Of a DNA stretch of 64,000 nt, positions 42,114 to 53,589 are shown in pieces. Position 1 is the stretch's first letter. Each line of letters starts with the position of its first letter. The stretch lies in the NCBI GenBank assembly GCA_951406725.2, contig OX597830.1:15500001-15564000 (forward strand), given 5' to 3'. The notes under the pieces are model-generated. The model was not told where the DNA came from. It made no database searches and saw only the letters and a list, made by a program, of their open reading frames with translations. The position numbers and the translations under genes are program-made. The DNA comes from Octopus vulgaris. Taxonomy: Eukaryota.

Positions 42114-42347
42114 CTATTTCTTTACTAACCACAAGGGGCTAAACACAGAGAGGACAAACAAGGACAGACAAACGGATTAAGTCGATTATATCGACCCCAG
42201 TGCATAACTGATACTCATTTAATCGACTCCAAAAGGATGAGAGGCAAAGTCGACCACGGCGGAATTTGAACTCAGAACATAATGGTAGACGAAATATGGC
42301 TACGCATTTCGCCCGGTGTGCTAACATTTCTTCCAGCTCGCTGCCTT
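42114..42347 (-). mobile_element. SINE family B, CpG-decayed
   Basis: Matches 4558-4790 with several CG>TG/CA changes. Confidence 0.9.
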
Positions 42348-42778
42348 AAATATACATATCAACAGTGTCAGGGGTCTTCAATGGTCTGTTGTAATCATGT
42401 GAATAGTTTGTTAAAATAGCAACCAGATAATTCTATGCATGTTTCCATGTGTTAGCAGAGACAGTTTGGTGGTGGTGTCTGGTGGTTGTTGACCTGTAAA
42501 GTTTGAAATTTTTTTTTGTGACATCAGGTACTGGAGGTGAAAGGGAAAAAGCTGTTCCACATGCTGAGGTATAAATGGTCTGGTGGTATCAGGTTACATA
42601 TCAGCTTCTGTTTTGTGCATAGTTTTCTAGTGAGAATTGTTTACTTTGAAATTGTGCTTGGGGCAGCTACGGCTAAGGTAATCTTTCCAAGGCATCAACA
42701 ACCAATGAAAAAAATGTATGTAAAGTATGTGTTTGTGTGTATATGTATATATATATATATATATGTGTGTGTATGTAT

Positions 42779-43110
42779 GAAGGTACATGGCTCAGCAGTT
42801 AGAGTGTCGGGCTCACAATCAAGAGGTCGTGAGTTCAATTACTAGACTGGGTTGTATGTTGTGTTCTTGAGCAAGACACTTTATTTCACGTGGCTCCAGT
42901 TCGCTCAGCTGCAGAAATGAGTTGCAATGTCACTGGTGCCAAGTTGTATCGGCCCCTTTGCTTTTCCTTTGGATAAAATCGGTGGCATGGAAAGGTACTG
43001 CTGGTGTGCAGGGGTGACTGCTGGCCTTCCATAAACAACCTTACCCGGACTTTTGCCTCAGAGGAGAACTTTCTAGGTGCAATCAAAGGGGGAGGGATCT
43101 TATCCTTTAC
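42779..43110 (+). mobile_element. tRNA-derived SINE family E with CORE-like block
   Basis: tggctcagcagttagag...gagttcaatt (A/B-box-like) followed by tgtgttcttgagcaagacactt. Confidence 0.7.
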
Positions 43111-43169
43111 CTTATATATAAATAAAATTTCATTTTATATTATGTTTGTTGTATTCTTTTACTGTCTTT

Positions 43170-43580
43170 TTGGTGAAGTTTAAACATCATGAAAACAGCT
43201 TTTATCACTTGTGTCCATGTCTTCCTCTTCCTCCATCATATTTTCCTTCCCCTTGGTCATCGTGGCACTTCAATCATCCTCCATGTGCATTACACATCCA
43301 CACCAACTCATCCTTTGTCGTTGCACATTATAACTCTTCAGCTACTTAAGTCTTCTATCTCGGCTCTTCAGTCCCGTGTCCTCGACACTTGCTAACTTTA
43401 CACACATGCAGCCCAGCAAGCTTGCTTCATTCCTTCATAAACTTCACACATGCTGTGCATTATGTGTCCCTATTCCACAGCTATGCAATAGTGCACTTCA
43501 TACTCTTCCATTCACTCAAAGAGAGTATCCTCTTGTTGCTAGCTTTTCCTGCCTGCCCTTATTCTGGCTATTTTGCATTT
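43170..43580 (-). pseudogene. RTE-clade LINE 3' remnant
   Basis: Minus strand QRQRMSWCGCVMHM...RKTWTQVI resembles the RTE RLRWxGHV...GRPxxTW terminus. Confidence 0.5.
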
Positions 43581-43660
43581 TCTCTCACTGCTGATTAAGT
43601 CCACCAAAGCACACACGAATATCATAACATTCTTTAATGAATATCATGCCAAGTTGTGTT

Positions 43661-43927
43661 CAGGACTGTGGAGTCAAAACAAAAATCTTTGACTCCACCT
43701 CCTGTACTATTGGCACCTTTGATTCCGACTCTTCTTTATGTAATTAAATGATTGTGGTCTACATATCTCATAAAGCCTATGAACACACCTGTACTTTGAC
43801 TAAGCCTGTATTTTATAACTGGTTTATATTAAAGAACAAAGATATTGTGAGTCGGAGTCGGTATAGTTTTACCGACTCTGATTCCAGCTTCCTTTTAATT
43901 GTTTCCGACCCCAACTCCACAGCCCTG
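43661..43927. mobile_element. hAT-like MITE
   Basis: TIR caggactgtggagt / actccacagccctg. 8-bp TSD gttgtgtt / gctgtgtt (7/8). Internal gagtcg/cgactc repeats. Confidence 0.82.
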
Positions 43928-44120
43928 GCTGTGTTGCTTTTTCCTTGACAATATTGCATCAAGTATAATACATTGCAACAGACGAAACACACGCATGACT
44001 TTGACCCGAAGTACCTGCATACAGTTGCTGAAATGAAGCCACTTACTTTTGAGGAAATACTGCTTATCCAGTGCAGTGTTGCCAAGGATGAAACTCATCC
44101 CACATGATAGTATTCTAAAG

Positions 44121-44385
44121 CAGTAGTTCCCAAAGTGGGCAGTACTGCCCCTTTGTGTGTGTGTGTGGGGGGGGGGGGTTGAAGAAAAGTGGGATGAAAA
44201 CAGGGTGGCTAAATAAAATAAAAACACTAATAGGTTAATGAGTTTTATGTTTTATTTGTGAAATACAGTTGTTTTGAATTTGCTGCAGAAAGTGGTCCAT
44301 ATTTGTGGTGGGTAGTGTGATGAGGTGCTAGGAATGTGGCCTGGGTGCCAAGGGGGCGGCAGCCTGAAAATGTTCGTAACTACTG
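44121..44385. mobile_element. hAT-like MITE (degenerate)
   Basis: cagtagttcccaaa ... ttcgtaactactg termini. The TSD is degraded. Confidence 0.6.
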
Positions 44386-44791
44386 TTACAAGGGAATTTA
44401 TGATAAAGATTAGAAGAGAGAAAGCTTACCCAACACATGTACTTCTTTATGGCCAGGGACAGGGAAAAAAAAAAAAAAAATCAGAGGTCTGTCACTTTTT
44501 ATTGACTCAAAGACCAAGGAATTGCTCTACCAAATATAACATTCTCAACAGCCTGAGACACTGCCCATGTTGCAGCATACAGAGAATACCAATCTGAGTA
44601 AATGTATTAATGCACACAAATATGCATGTTTATACTTACCGTTTGTATTTCAGTTTTGGGATGGGTATACCACATTCCTGTGTGGTGTTAGAGGTAGCCA
44701 AAACGGTCGGACGAAGGAAAGGCACCAGATGTTTAGTGCTTCGTCAGAAGATCAGCATCGAAATCATGTGATTGTGAAAGCACTCACTGTT

Positions 44792-44821
44792 TATTCATAA
44801 AACATTGGTTGGACTGACATA

Positions 44822-44867
<46 letters not shown>

Positions 44868-44891
44868 AGTCCAACCAATGTTTTATGAATA
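44792..44891. repeat. ~100-bp near-perfect palindrome centred on (TA)n
   Basis: tattcataaaacattggttggactgacat-(TA)n-atgtcagtccaaccaatgttttatgaata. Confidence 0.95.
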
Positions 44892-45066
44892 TATATATGA
44901 TATATATATATATATCATCATTATCATCATCATCGTTTAACGTCCGCTTTCCATGCTGGCATGGGTTGGACGGTTTGACTGAGGGCTGGCGGGCCAGAAG
45001 GCTGCACCAGGCTCCAATGTGATCTGGCAAAGTTTCTTACAGCTGGATGCCCTTCCTATATGTGTT

Positions 45067-45440
45067 ATTCTTTTATTTGTTTCAGTCATTTGACTGTGGT
45101 CATGCTGGAGCACTGCCTTTAGTCAAGCAAATCAATCCCAGGACTTATTCTTTGTAAGCCTAGCACTTATTTTATCGGTCTCTTTTGCTGAACCGCTAAG
45201 GTACGGGGACATGAACACACCAACATTGGTTGTTAAGTGATGGTTGGGGGAAAAACACAGACACAAATATATACATATATATACAACGGGCTTCTTTCAG
45301 TTTTCATCTACCTGATCCACTCACAAGGCTTTTGGTTGGCCCACAGGTATAGTAGAAGACATTTGTCCAAGGTGCTACGCAGCAGGACTGAACCTGGAGC
45401 CATATGGTTGGGCAGTAAACTTTGTACCACACAGCCAGCC
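45067..45440 (-). mobile_element. SINE family A, CpG-decayed
   Basis: Aligns to 12994-13423. Confidence 0.88.
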
Positions 45441-45458
45441 ACAAACATTTATACATAT

Positions 45459-45503
<45 letters not shown>

Positions 45504-46022
45504 AAACCTTGTGACAGCATATCCTTCTGATCAGAGGAACGTTGGTGACCTGCTCACCTAGCCAACGCGATAGCATTGTTCAAAAGCTAAAACACAGCAA
45601 AGCACATTGTGACCAGCGATGTATAACAACATCCGATAGTCTGGTGGATCAAGTGATATCAATATCATGATATATATATATATATATATATGTGTGGGTG
45701 TATATATGTTTTTATTAGCATAACGATCCTCCCAAGATACATACATATTACATACATTTATGTGTGCTTTTCCTAAACCTACTCAGTTACAAGCTGTGAC
45801 ATTGCAGTCATTTGCTTTGTCAACAGACCGTCAGACTGTTTTGTAATGTCTAGAGACTTGCAGAATAAAATATACTCTTTTTTGACAAACTTTTAAGGAT
45901 TAGCAATGGGGAGGATATCCAGCTGTTAAGTATTGTCTCAATAATATATTTGTCTAACCCATCCTGGCTTGGGAAAATGGATGTAAAGGTAAAAGTGATG
46001 AAGACCTACAGCCATTTATATA

Positions 46023-46174
46023 TATATATATAAAATATTAGAAAAAACCCCACCTTTTATCAATTCAAAATGAATAATCAAATTACACCATCTAGAAAAT
46101 TACATATAATAGATGGTGTAATTATTCATTTTGAATCGATAAAAGGTGGTTTTTTTTCTAATATTTTATATATA
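46023..46174. repeat. fold-back inverted repeat, ~65-70 bp arms, ~15 nt loop
   Basis: tataaaatattagaaaaaaccccaccttttatc.attcaaaatgaataat..tacaccatcta is mirrored at 46110-46174. Confidence 0.92.
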
Positions 46175-46270
46175 TTATATTGTATGGAATTTGATTTAGT
46201 ATTTCTAAATTGAATTCTTTTTCCTTGTAAGTTTGGATTTTATTCCCTCAAATAATAATTATACATATAT

Positions 46271-46468
46271 ATGTGACCTCGTCTGTATCACTAGCGTTTT
46301 TTTTTTCCCTGTCTTCCCTTCTCGGGATCTTTCTTTCTCCTATGTTTCTGACGAAGAGCTCCGCTCGAAACGTCAAACCCTCCTTCTTCCCTTCTTTCCT
46401 GAGCATCCAATAATACTTTATTTGTTCCACGTCCTTGCGTTGTTGTCTTTTTGTTTTCTTGTTTGGAT

Positions 46469-46472
<4 letters not shown>
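46271..46472 (+). mobile_element. short hammerhead-bearing element family H1
   Basis: Second copy of 32846-33041. Ends ttggattaac|(TA)n. Confidence 0.75.
46344..46378 (+). ncRNA. minimal type I hammerhead ribozyme motif (intact core)
   Basis: GTTT-CTGACGA-A-GAGC-tcc-GCTC-GAAAC-GTC-AAAC: stem I GTTT/AAAC, stem II GAGC/GCTC, palindromic stem III AC/GT, GUC triplet. Predicted cut after 46374. Confidence 0.75.
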
Positions 46473-46512
<40 letters not shown>

Positions 46513-47755
46513 GACATGTATATAGATAATTATATATATATGTACATTATAAAGACATTCCATAATTTTGAATTCCCTTATATATAAATATGTTAGCATA
46601 TGTCTCTGATCACCGTATAAGGTATGTAAAAATGTATATTGTTCCTAAGAATATAATTACCACCACCACCATCATCATCTCTTGAGTAATTCTGACTAGT
46701 TTACATTCTGCATATAACTAAGTTATATTTGGGTCAAATTTCACTGTAGTACTTCTTCGTTACTAGTCACTCCTTACTCTTAGCTTTATTTATCAAAATG
46801 TTGACCTTTGTATTCCATCCAGACTTCGCCTCCATAGCCACCCCACTTCTCCTGCCCTTCTCCACCCTGTCGCTTCTTTTGCTCTCCACCCAACTGCTCC
46901 AGCTACCCTATCTTTAGCTCCTTCTTATTCATTTTTATTTTCCTCCCCACTCACTCCTCAACTTCCTCTCTCTCTTCCTTATTTACCACTCACTTTCTTC
47001 TTTGCTGTTTCATTCCATCAACACACTTTTGTATCATTTCCTTCCCGCTCCTTCTTCTATAACAAAACCAAGATGAATTGATGCAGTTTCACAGCTTCTG
47101 AAATGCATTTTCTCTGATGAAGCTTAATAAACTGTTACTTTACTGAAACAACAGGGACCATGCTGCAAGAACACAAATAGACCGATTTAGGAAATATTCT
47201 GTATTCAGCATCAAGTTCTTTCGTAATTGTGGACTAACAACAACCAAACCAGAATTTTTCATCATATCAACTGATATATGTGTGTCTGTATGTTTCTATG
47301 TATGTATGCATGCATTTATATATTGAAGGATATTAAAGCACTTGCTCAACCCAAAGGACATCCTTAACTCCAGCACAGAGGTCTTTGGACCTTGCTTGTA
47401 CTTCAGGAAATTCCTGTTGGTGTCCTGGGATCCACATAATAACAGGTTCAATTATGAGTAGCGGCCAATAGGAGACAATGCTCTATTGTGGACATAGAGT
47501 CACAAAGTCTTTTCTTCCTCCATTTCCTAGAGAGGTCATAGACCTAGAGTCTGAAGAAATGCTGTAAAGATGCGCTTTAGGGATATGAAACCCAGGTTAA
47601 CCCCATAGACCTACCATATTTATCTTTACCTATATATATATGCTCCTCAGCTAGGGATCAATGCTAGATGTGTCAAAACAATTGTGATTAATAAATTCTT
47701 ATATACTCCATCTTCCATCTTTCATTTACCGTCTCTCCTTGTTTTTTCTGTGTCC

Positions 47756-47791
47756 CTTTCTGTAGAAGAGCGTAGGCTCGAAACGTAAAAG
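47756..47791 (+). ncRNA. minimal hammerhead-like motif with non-canonical CUGUAGA core (in family H2 element ~47720-47880)
   Basis: CTTT-CTGTAGA-A-GAGC-gtag-GCTC-GAAAC-GTA-AAAG. All three stems are intact. Confidence 0.6.
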
Positions 47792-48558
47792 ACTTTTTCT
47801 ATTCCTGAGCGTTATACTAATACATCTGTTTGTTTTGTACACCACCTGTCTTCGTCTTGTTTTTTTCGTAAACTCTCCCTATATGTGTATATATATATAT
47901 ATATATATAAGCAACTCTATGCTATTTATTGAGGGGGCCAATATATGTCTGATGAGGGGTCAACAGACCATAAAACTGTCTGTCAGGGGACTCCTCTCTT
48001 CTACACAACAGGTGTATAAAACGGATGTTTGATGTCTTATTTAAGCCACAGTAAGGTTTTACTAAATTTAAATTTTATTCACTTCATCTAATTTATACTG
48101 TATTGTGCATAAATAGATATTGTTTTAATTAATGACAAGCCTTCAAAAAAGTGCAACTATGCAAATTAGGTTAACCACCCCAGTGGTAACCTTAGTCATG
48201 ACTGCTTTATATGCAGCTGATCTATATTAGGGATGTGCTCTCTAGAGAGCCTACAAATTGTTAAATATGATTACTTTCAGGCTGTATAATATTAAAATTA
48301 TGTGTGTCTGTGTGTAGCTATGTATGTATGTGTATGTAGCTATGTGTGTGTTTTTGTGTGTACATATCTAAATGTGTGTATATTTGTATGATTTTGGATA
48401 TATGATATACATGTACATATATGCATCATTTCACTTTTAAGGTAGCGAGGTGGCAGAATAGTTAGAGCTTCAGAAAATTGCTTTGCATCTATTTTTGTGG
48501 CAGTGCTCCAGCAAGGCCACATACTCTAGTGGAAACCAGTAATGGAAGTAATAAAAGA

Positions 48559-48870
48559 TATCACGTGACCACGTGACCGACCAGACCATCAGATGTTTTT
48601 TACACATCGCTGGTCACAATGCGTTCGCATTGTTTTAGCCTTTGAATGACGCCACCTCACTGGCTAAGCGAGCAGGTCAACAGAAGAAAGAGTGGGAGAA
48701 AGAGTGGTGAAAGAGTACAGCAGGGATCACCACCACCCCCTGCCGGAGCGTCGTGGAGCTTTTTAGGTGTTTTCGCTCAATAAACACTCACAATGCCCAG
48801 TCTGGGAATCGAAACCGCGATCCTACGACCGCGAGTCTGCTGCCCTAACCACTGGGCCATTGCGCCTCCA
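48559..48870 (-). mobile_element. tRNA-derived SINE family D, full length
   Basis: Minus head ggaggcgcaatggcccagtggttagggcagc...ggtttcgattccc (A and B boxes). Tail fragments also at about 45540-45655 and 49725-49806. Confidence 0.85.
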
Positions 48871-49821
48871 CAATAAAATATATATATATGTTTATATGAT
48901 ATGTATGTATGTATGTACAGAAGGTAAGGTGGTTGATGTCAGTAAAGGAATAAGTAAAGGAAGAAAGGGGAGAGTTGAGTTGCAGTGCTTGGGAGTAAGA
49001 GGAGAAGATCTGATGCAATTATTTGTTTTCTAAAGCATCGTCAAAGGAAGGAGGGAGGGAGAAGCAGTTGAATACAGGTTAATGGTAAAGAAGAGGGTAT
49101 GAACTTATCTAACGATTTTTCTCATTTCACAGGTGGCATGGCACAGCGAAGAGAAAGGGTTGATAGAGAGATAGGAGGGTTTCAGGTAGACAAGACAGGC
49201 AGCAAATGTTGACTTAGCTGATACAAATGAGAGAAAGCCCAGCTGTAAATATATAAAAATTATATATATATATATATATATATATTTAATATATATATAT
49301 AATATATATATAATATATACAAACCCATATTGGTGTATGCTCCGACATCTCCAGGTGTTCAAAGAGTCTCCTGATCTGAAATATTGCCAACCAGCATTAA
49401 CATGTGTGTGTGTCCATACAAACATTTGTGTGTACACATGTGTGTGTGAATATATATATGTGTGTGTGTGTGTGTATATATTATTTGCAAACAACTTGAA
49501 GATAGAAGAGCTACTAGCTGAATGCACCACAGACTAGACACAAGCAGCTTATGGGATCAACAACATTAAAGTGCAGTGAACTCTTCTTTGAGAAGAGGCC
49601 TCACTTGCTAGATCAACTGGTTACTAGGCTTCTCTCAGTATTCTTTTAGCCATTGACCATCATCACTTCCAGTGTATATGTATGTGTATGTATTTGTGTG
49701 TGTATATATATATATATATATATCACCATGATCGACCAGGCTATCAGATGTTGTTACACATCGCTGGTCACAATGCGTTTCGCATTGTTTTAACCGTCAA
49801 ATGACGTAGTGGTGATGTTGT

Positions 49822-50104
49822 AAACATTATCAACCATATATACACAATGTCTGTGCTTCGCTTGTTCATTAGAAGGCCTGCAATTTAGCATGGTAGGAAT
49901 GACTCCCTCAAAGTGTTGGATGTTAGAACGGCCGAAAGTCATAGACAGGTGATGAGATTTGGAGTGAGTTGTCTCACCTGTTTGTGACTTTCGGGGTTTT
50001 TAATATCCAGCACTTTGAGGGAGTTGTCCTCACCACACTAAAATCTCAGCTTAGTGGCAAACAAGCCAATCGAATACATTGAGTATGTGTGGTTGATCAT
50101 GTTT
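49822..50104. mobile_element. long imperfect palindrome (~130-bp arms), probable fold-back MITE
   Basis: aaacattatcaacca...actccctcaaagtgttgga...gaaagtcatagacaggtga is mirrored by tcacctgtttgtgactttc...cactttgagggagt...tggttgatcatgttt. Confidence 0.75.
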
Positions 50105-50627
50105 GTGTGTGTGTGTCTACATATGCATATATGTCTGTATGCATCTGGTTTGTCTCAACACTTCACAAGTTCAGGATTTTTCACGGTATCTGAGGCTTTA
50201 AGCAAAAATGAATAAGTCATTACACCTGGCTGGGAAGCTAGTCTCTTGTCAGTTTAACTCCTTGCTGCTGCCAGTTCTCATTTTTTTATGAACAGACTGG
50301 TGAACATGAAATGAAGTTCCTTGCTCTGTGACACAATGGGCTGCCTGGTCTGTGAACGACACTGAAGAAATTATGATCACGATGTCAACACTCTAATCTA
50401 AGTCATGCTTTCAACATAAATACACACACAGAGCTGGCAAGCTGGCTGCACCCTTAGCATGCCAGGAAAAATGCTTAGCAGCATTTCGTCCTTCTTTACA
50501 TTCTGAGTTAAAATTCCATTGAGGCCGACTTAGCTTTTCATCCTTATGGGGTCAATAAAATAAGTACCTGCTTAGTATTTGGGTTGATGTAAGTGACCTA
50601 CCCCTCACCCTGAAATAGATATGAATA

Positions 50628-50660
<33 letters not shown>

Positions 50661-51003
50661 ATATATATATGAATTTGTGTGTATTTATACTTCGTTCATG
50701 TTACACATACTCCACTTAATAATAACACGGAACAAATATAAATACACACCTACACATTCACGTGTGTGTGTGTGTATTATTCTTCAACTTCCTTTAAAAT
50801 AAAATCTTAAAATAGACATAATTACATATGTATACATGTCTTTATACACACTTAGGTGCACAAATGTGTCTGTGTGTGTGTACATATGAAATTGAGGTGA
50901 TAAAGGAATAAACAATTATCATATGAACTTCATTAGCTTACAGCTGTTTCTGCTATAAGACGCTGTGGGCTCACAGTTGAGTGCCTGAGCATATATACAT
51001 ACA

Positions 51004-51397
51004 TCTATATATATAAAGCTGAAGTTGTCTGTGTGTGTGTGGCAGGTTTGGTATCCTTCAACTAAGACTATTTGCTCCGAGACCCTGCAGTGCAAGTAGA
51101 CCAAAATTGAGAGTATGATAAAAGAAGGCTTGCTCTTCATTCTGTAGAAGATAAAATTCAAATTGGACCATGTTAAGACCAAAAATTATTTACATCAAAA
51201 AGGTGCTTTTTTTCTATGAAAATCCTTATTTTTTAACGATTTTTTGACTGCTGTGTCACCATTTTTCAGTGTATTTCAACCAGAAAAATGTTGACTTAAA
51301 GAGAATAACAAGTTACATAATGCAAAATTTTTACTTTTCAAAAATTCAAATTCTAAAGGGTCGAAACAAACCCGAGCAACACCGGGCTATGCTGCTA

Positions 51398-51398
<1 letters not shown>
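51004..51398 (+). mobile_element. non-autonomous Helitron
   Basis: A|TCtatatatataaag 5' end, subterminal hairpin CCCG-agcaacac-CGGG (51371-51386), CTAG|T 3' end, no TSD. Confidence 0.85.
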
Positions 51399-51437
<39 letters not shown>

Positions 51438-51469
51438 TTTATTTTAAGCAGCAGAAAATTCAACAAAAT

Positions 51470-51507
51470 CTGTTACTCTGAGTTTCTCGTTGCCGTTCAT
51501 CAGACAG
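51470..51507 (-). ncRNA. type I hammerhead ribozyme motif
   Basis: Minus: CTGT-CTGATGA-ACG-gcaa-CGA-GAAAC-tcaga-GTA-ACAG. Canonical core, GNRA loop, stem III ACTC/GAGT, one mismatch at the base of stem II. Between (TA)n tracts. Confidence 0.7.
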
Positions 51508-51519
51508 TTTTTGCTAGAA

Positions 51520-51550
<31 letters not shown>

Positions 51551-51637
51551 GTATATATATACATATGCTCATGTATGCAAGTCAGGTGTGTATATGTAAT
51601 ATATGTAAATAAATATATATATGTGAATGTGTACATC

Positions 51638-51691
<54 letters not shown>

Positions 51692-51728
51692 TAGATAGAT
51701 ACAGAGACACAGACGTTCAGGTACTCAC

Positions 51729-51900
51729 ATTTATTGTATGTTAATGTTATTAGGTAAATCATGTGACAGGCTGACCAGTTACTATATATATGTTGTATAA
51801 GATTAAAATATTTTGCCTCATTCCAATGACATTGTTGAAAGACCACTTTATAAGAATGCTGCTTTCTTGGCAATCACATATCCATATCTTGATCAAACCC
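51729..51900 (-). other. probable non-coding (5'UTR) exon
   Basis: Strong acceptor ttttcttctcttttttactgtag|G and donor AAAT|GTGAGT bracket 172 nt of unique sequence. Confidence 0.55.
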
Positions 51901-52379
51901 CTACAGTAAAAAAGAGAAGAAAAATTGTATTCTTGTTATGAGATGATAGGTAAATGCACACACATATATGTTTATAGTAATAATGATAATAATAATAATA
52001 ATAATAATGATAATAATAATAATGATGATGATGCTGATAAACATGTTTTATGTAATAACATTTGCACATGCAGACACACACAAACATATACATATATATG
52101 TATGTATGTACACATGTCATATATATATAAGTACATATACATATATGCTCATTATATGCATATAAATATACATGATCATATGAATATATATATATATATA
52201 TATGGACATATATATATTACAAATATATATATGTGTAATATATATAAGCATAATATACAGATATATATATACGAATATTATATTTATATGTGTGTGTGTG
52301 TATATAATATATGAACATAATATTATCTATATATCTATTTATCCATATATATATATGAATATTATTTATATATCTTTAT

Positions 52380-52436
<57 letters not shown>

Positions 52437-52762
52437 TATATATATATACATATACACATATATATATATATACTTAATTTAATATATAACCATATACGAA
52501 AAGAAAACAATAATTTTGCAACTGCCAATGGTTTTCTTTTTGTTTCCCTTTGTTTTTTTCCATTAGAAATCATCGAAACAAGGCCATGAAGGCCACTGAT
52601 CAGAAAGGGGTTAAAAAAAGAGAAAGGATTTTTGCCAGAAGAGACTCTAAAGACACAGATTCAAGATATGCTGAAAAGATGTATGGGCGACATAGGTGCG
52701 TGCACCTGTCTACATATGTTTCTATGTGTCTGTGCGTGTGTGTGTCCGTATGTATGTATGTA

Positions 52763-52793
<31 letters not shown>

Positions 52794-53445
52794 CTGTATA
52801 TAGTATTGCATCCAGTGATGTCTTTGTTTTCATATTCATGTATGTATGTGTGGTATGGTTTGGTGTGGTGTGGTGTGTGTATGTCTTAATTTTAAAAAGG
52901 ATGCAAACACTAGATGTAAATACAAGAATTGTTGTAAAATTGTGGAGTAGGATATTCATTTCGAAAAAAAATTTACTTTCAGTTTTCACAAAGGAAGGGC
53001 TAGATTTTCCAACTTTGAGAGGGCTCGGAAAGCCAGCCTTTAGCAGAACATCCAAGTCACTTTCAATAATAATAATAATAATAATGATAATATTAATATT
53101 AATAATTATTTCAAATTTTGGCACAAGGCCAGCCATATCAGGTGGTTAAGGGTAATGATTTTCAACTAGCAAAAACACCTCAGATAACCTTCATTTTTAT
53201 TGTGTGTTTGTGTGTGTTTTTATGTGTTGAAATATCTACTCTTTATGTAAATTCACATAGAAGTATGTTTGTATGCTTGTAGTATTGTGTGCATATATAC
53301 ATAGAAATACACCCGTGTGCACTCACATATATATTGCATATATATATATATATCTATATATATCCATATCTATCTATCTATCTATCTCTATATATATATG
53401 GCTACCCCCTCGTTATCGATTATGGCCATTGCACGAAGCTTAACT

Positions 53446-53490
<45 letters not shown>

Positions 53491-53589
53491 ATATATGTAT
53501 ACACACGTATGTGTCAAACATATAAATGCGTATGAGTAGTATAAAAAAAACAAAACAGTACTCAATACTAAAATAGAGTGTAATATATA

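Noticed and set aside
44715-44755. Minus-strand CTGACGA followed by a stem
   Set aside because: No GAAA box or stem III, so it is not called a hammerhead.
48795-48870. tRNA-like sequence (also the heads of SINE A, B and E)
   Set aside because: No complete cloverleaf, and each continues into a SINE body.
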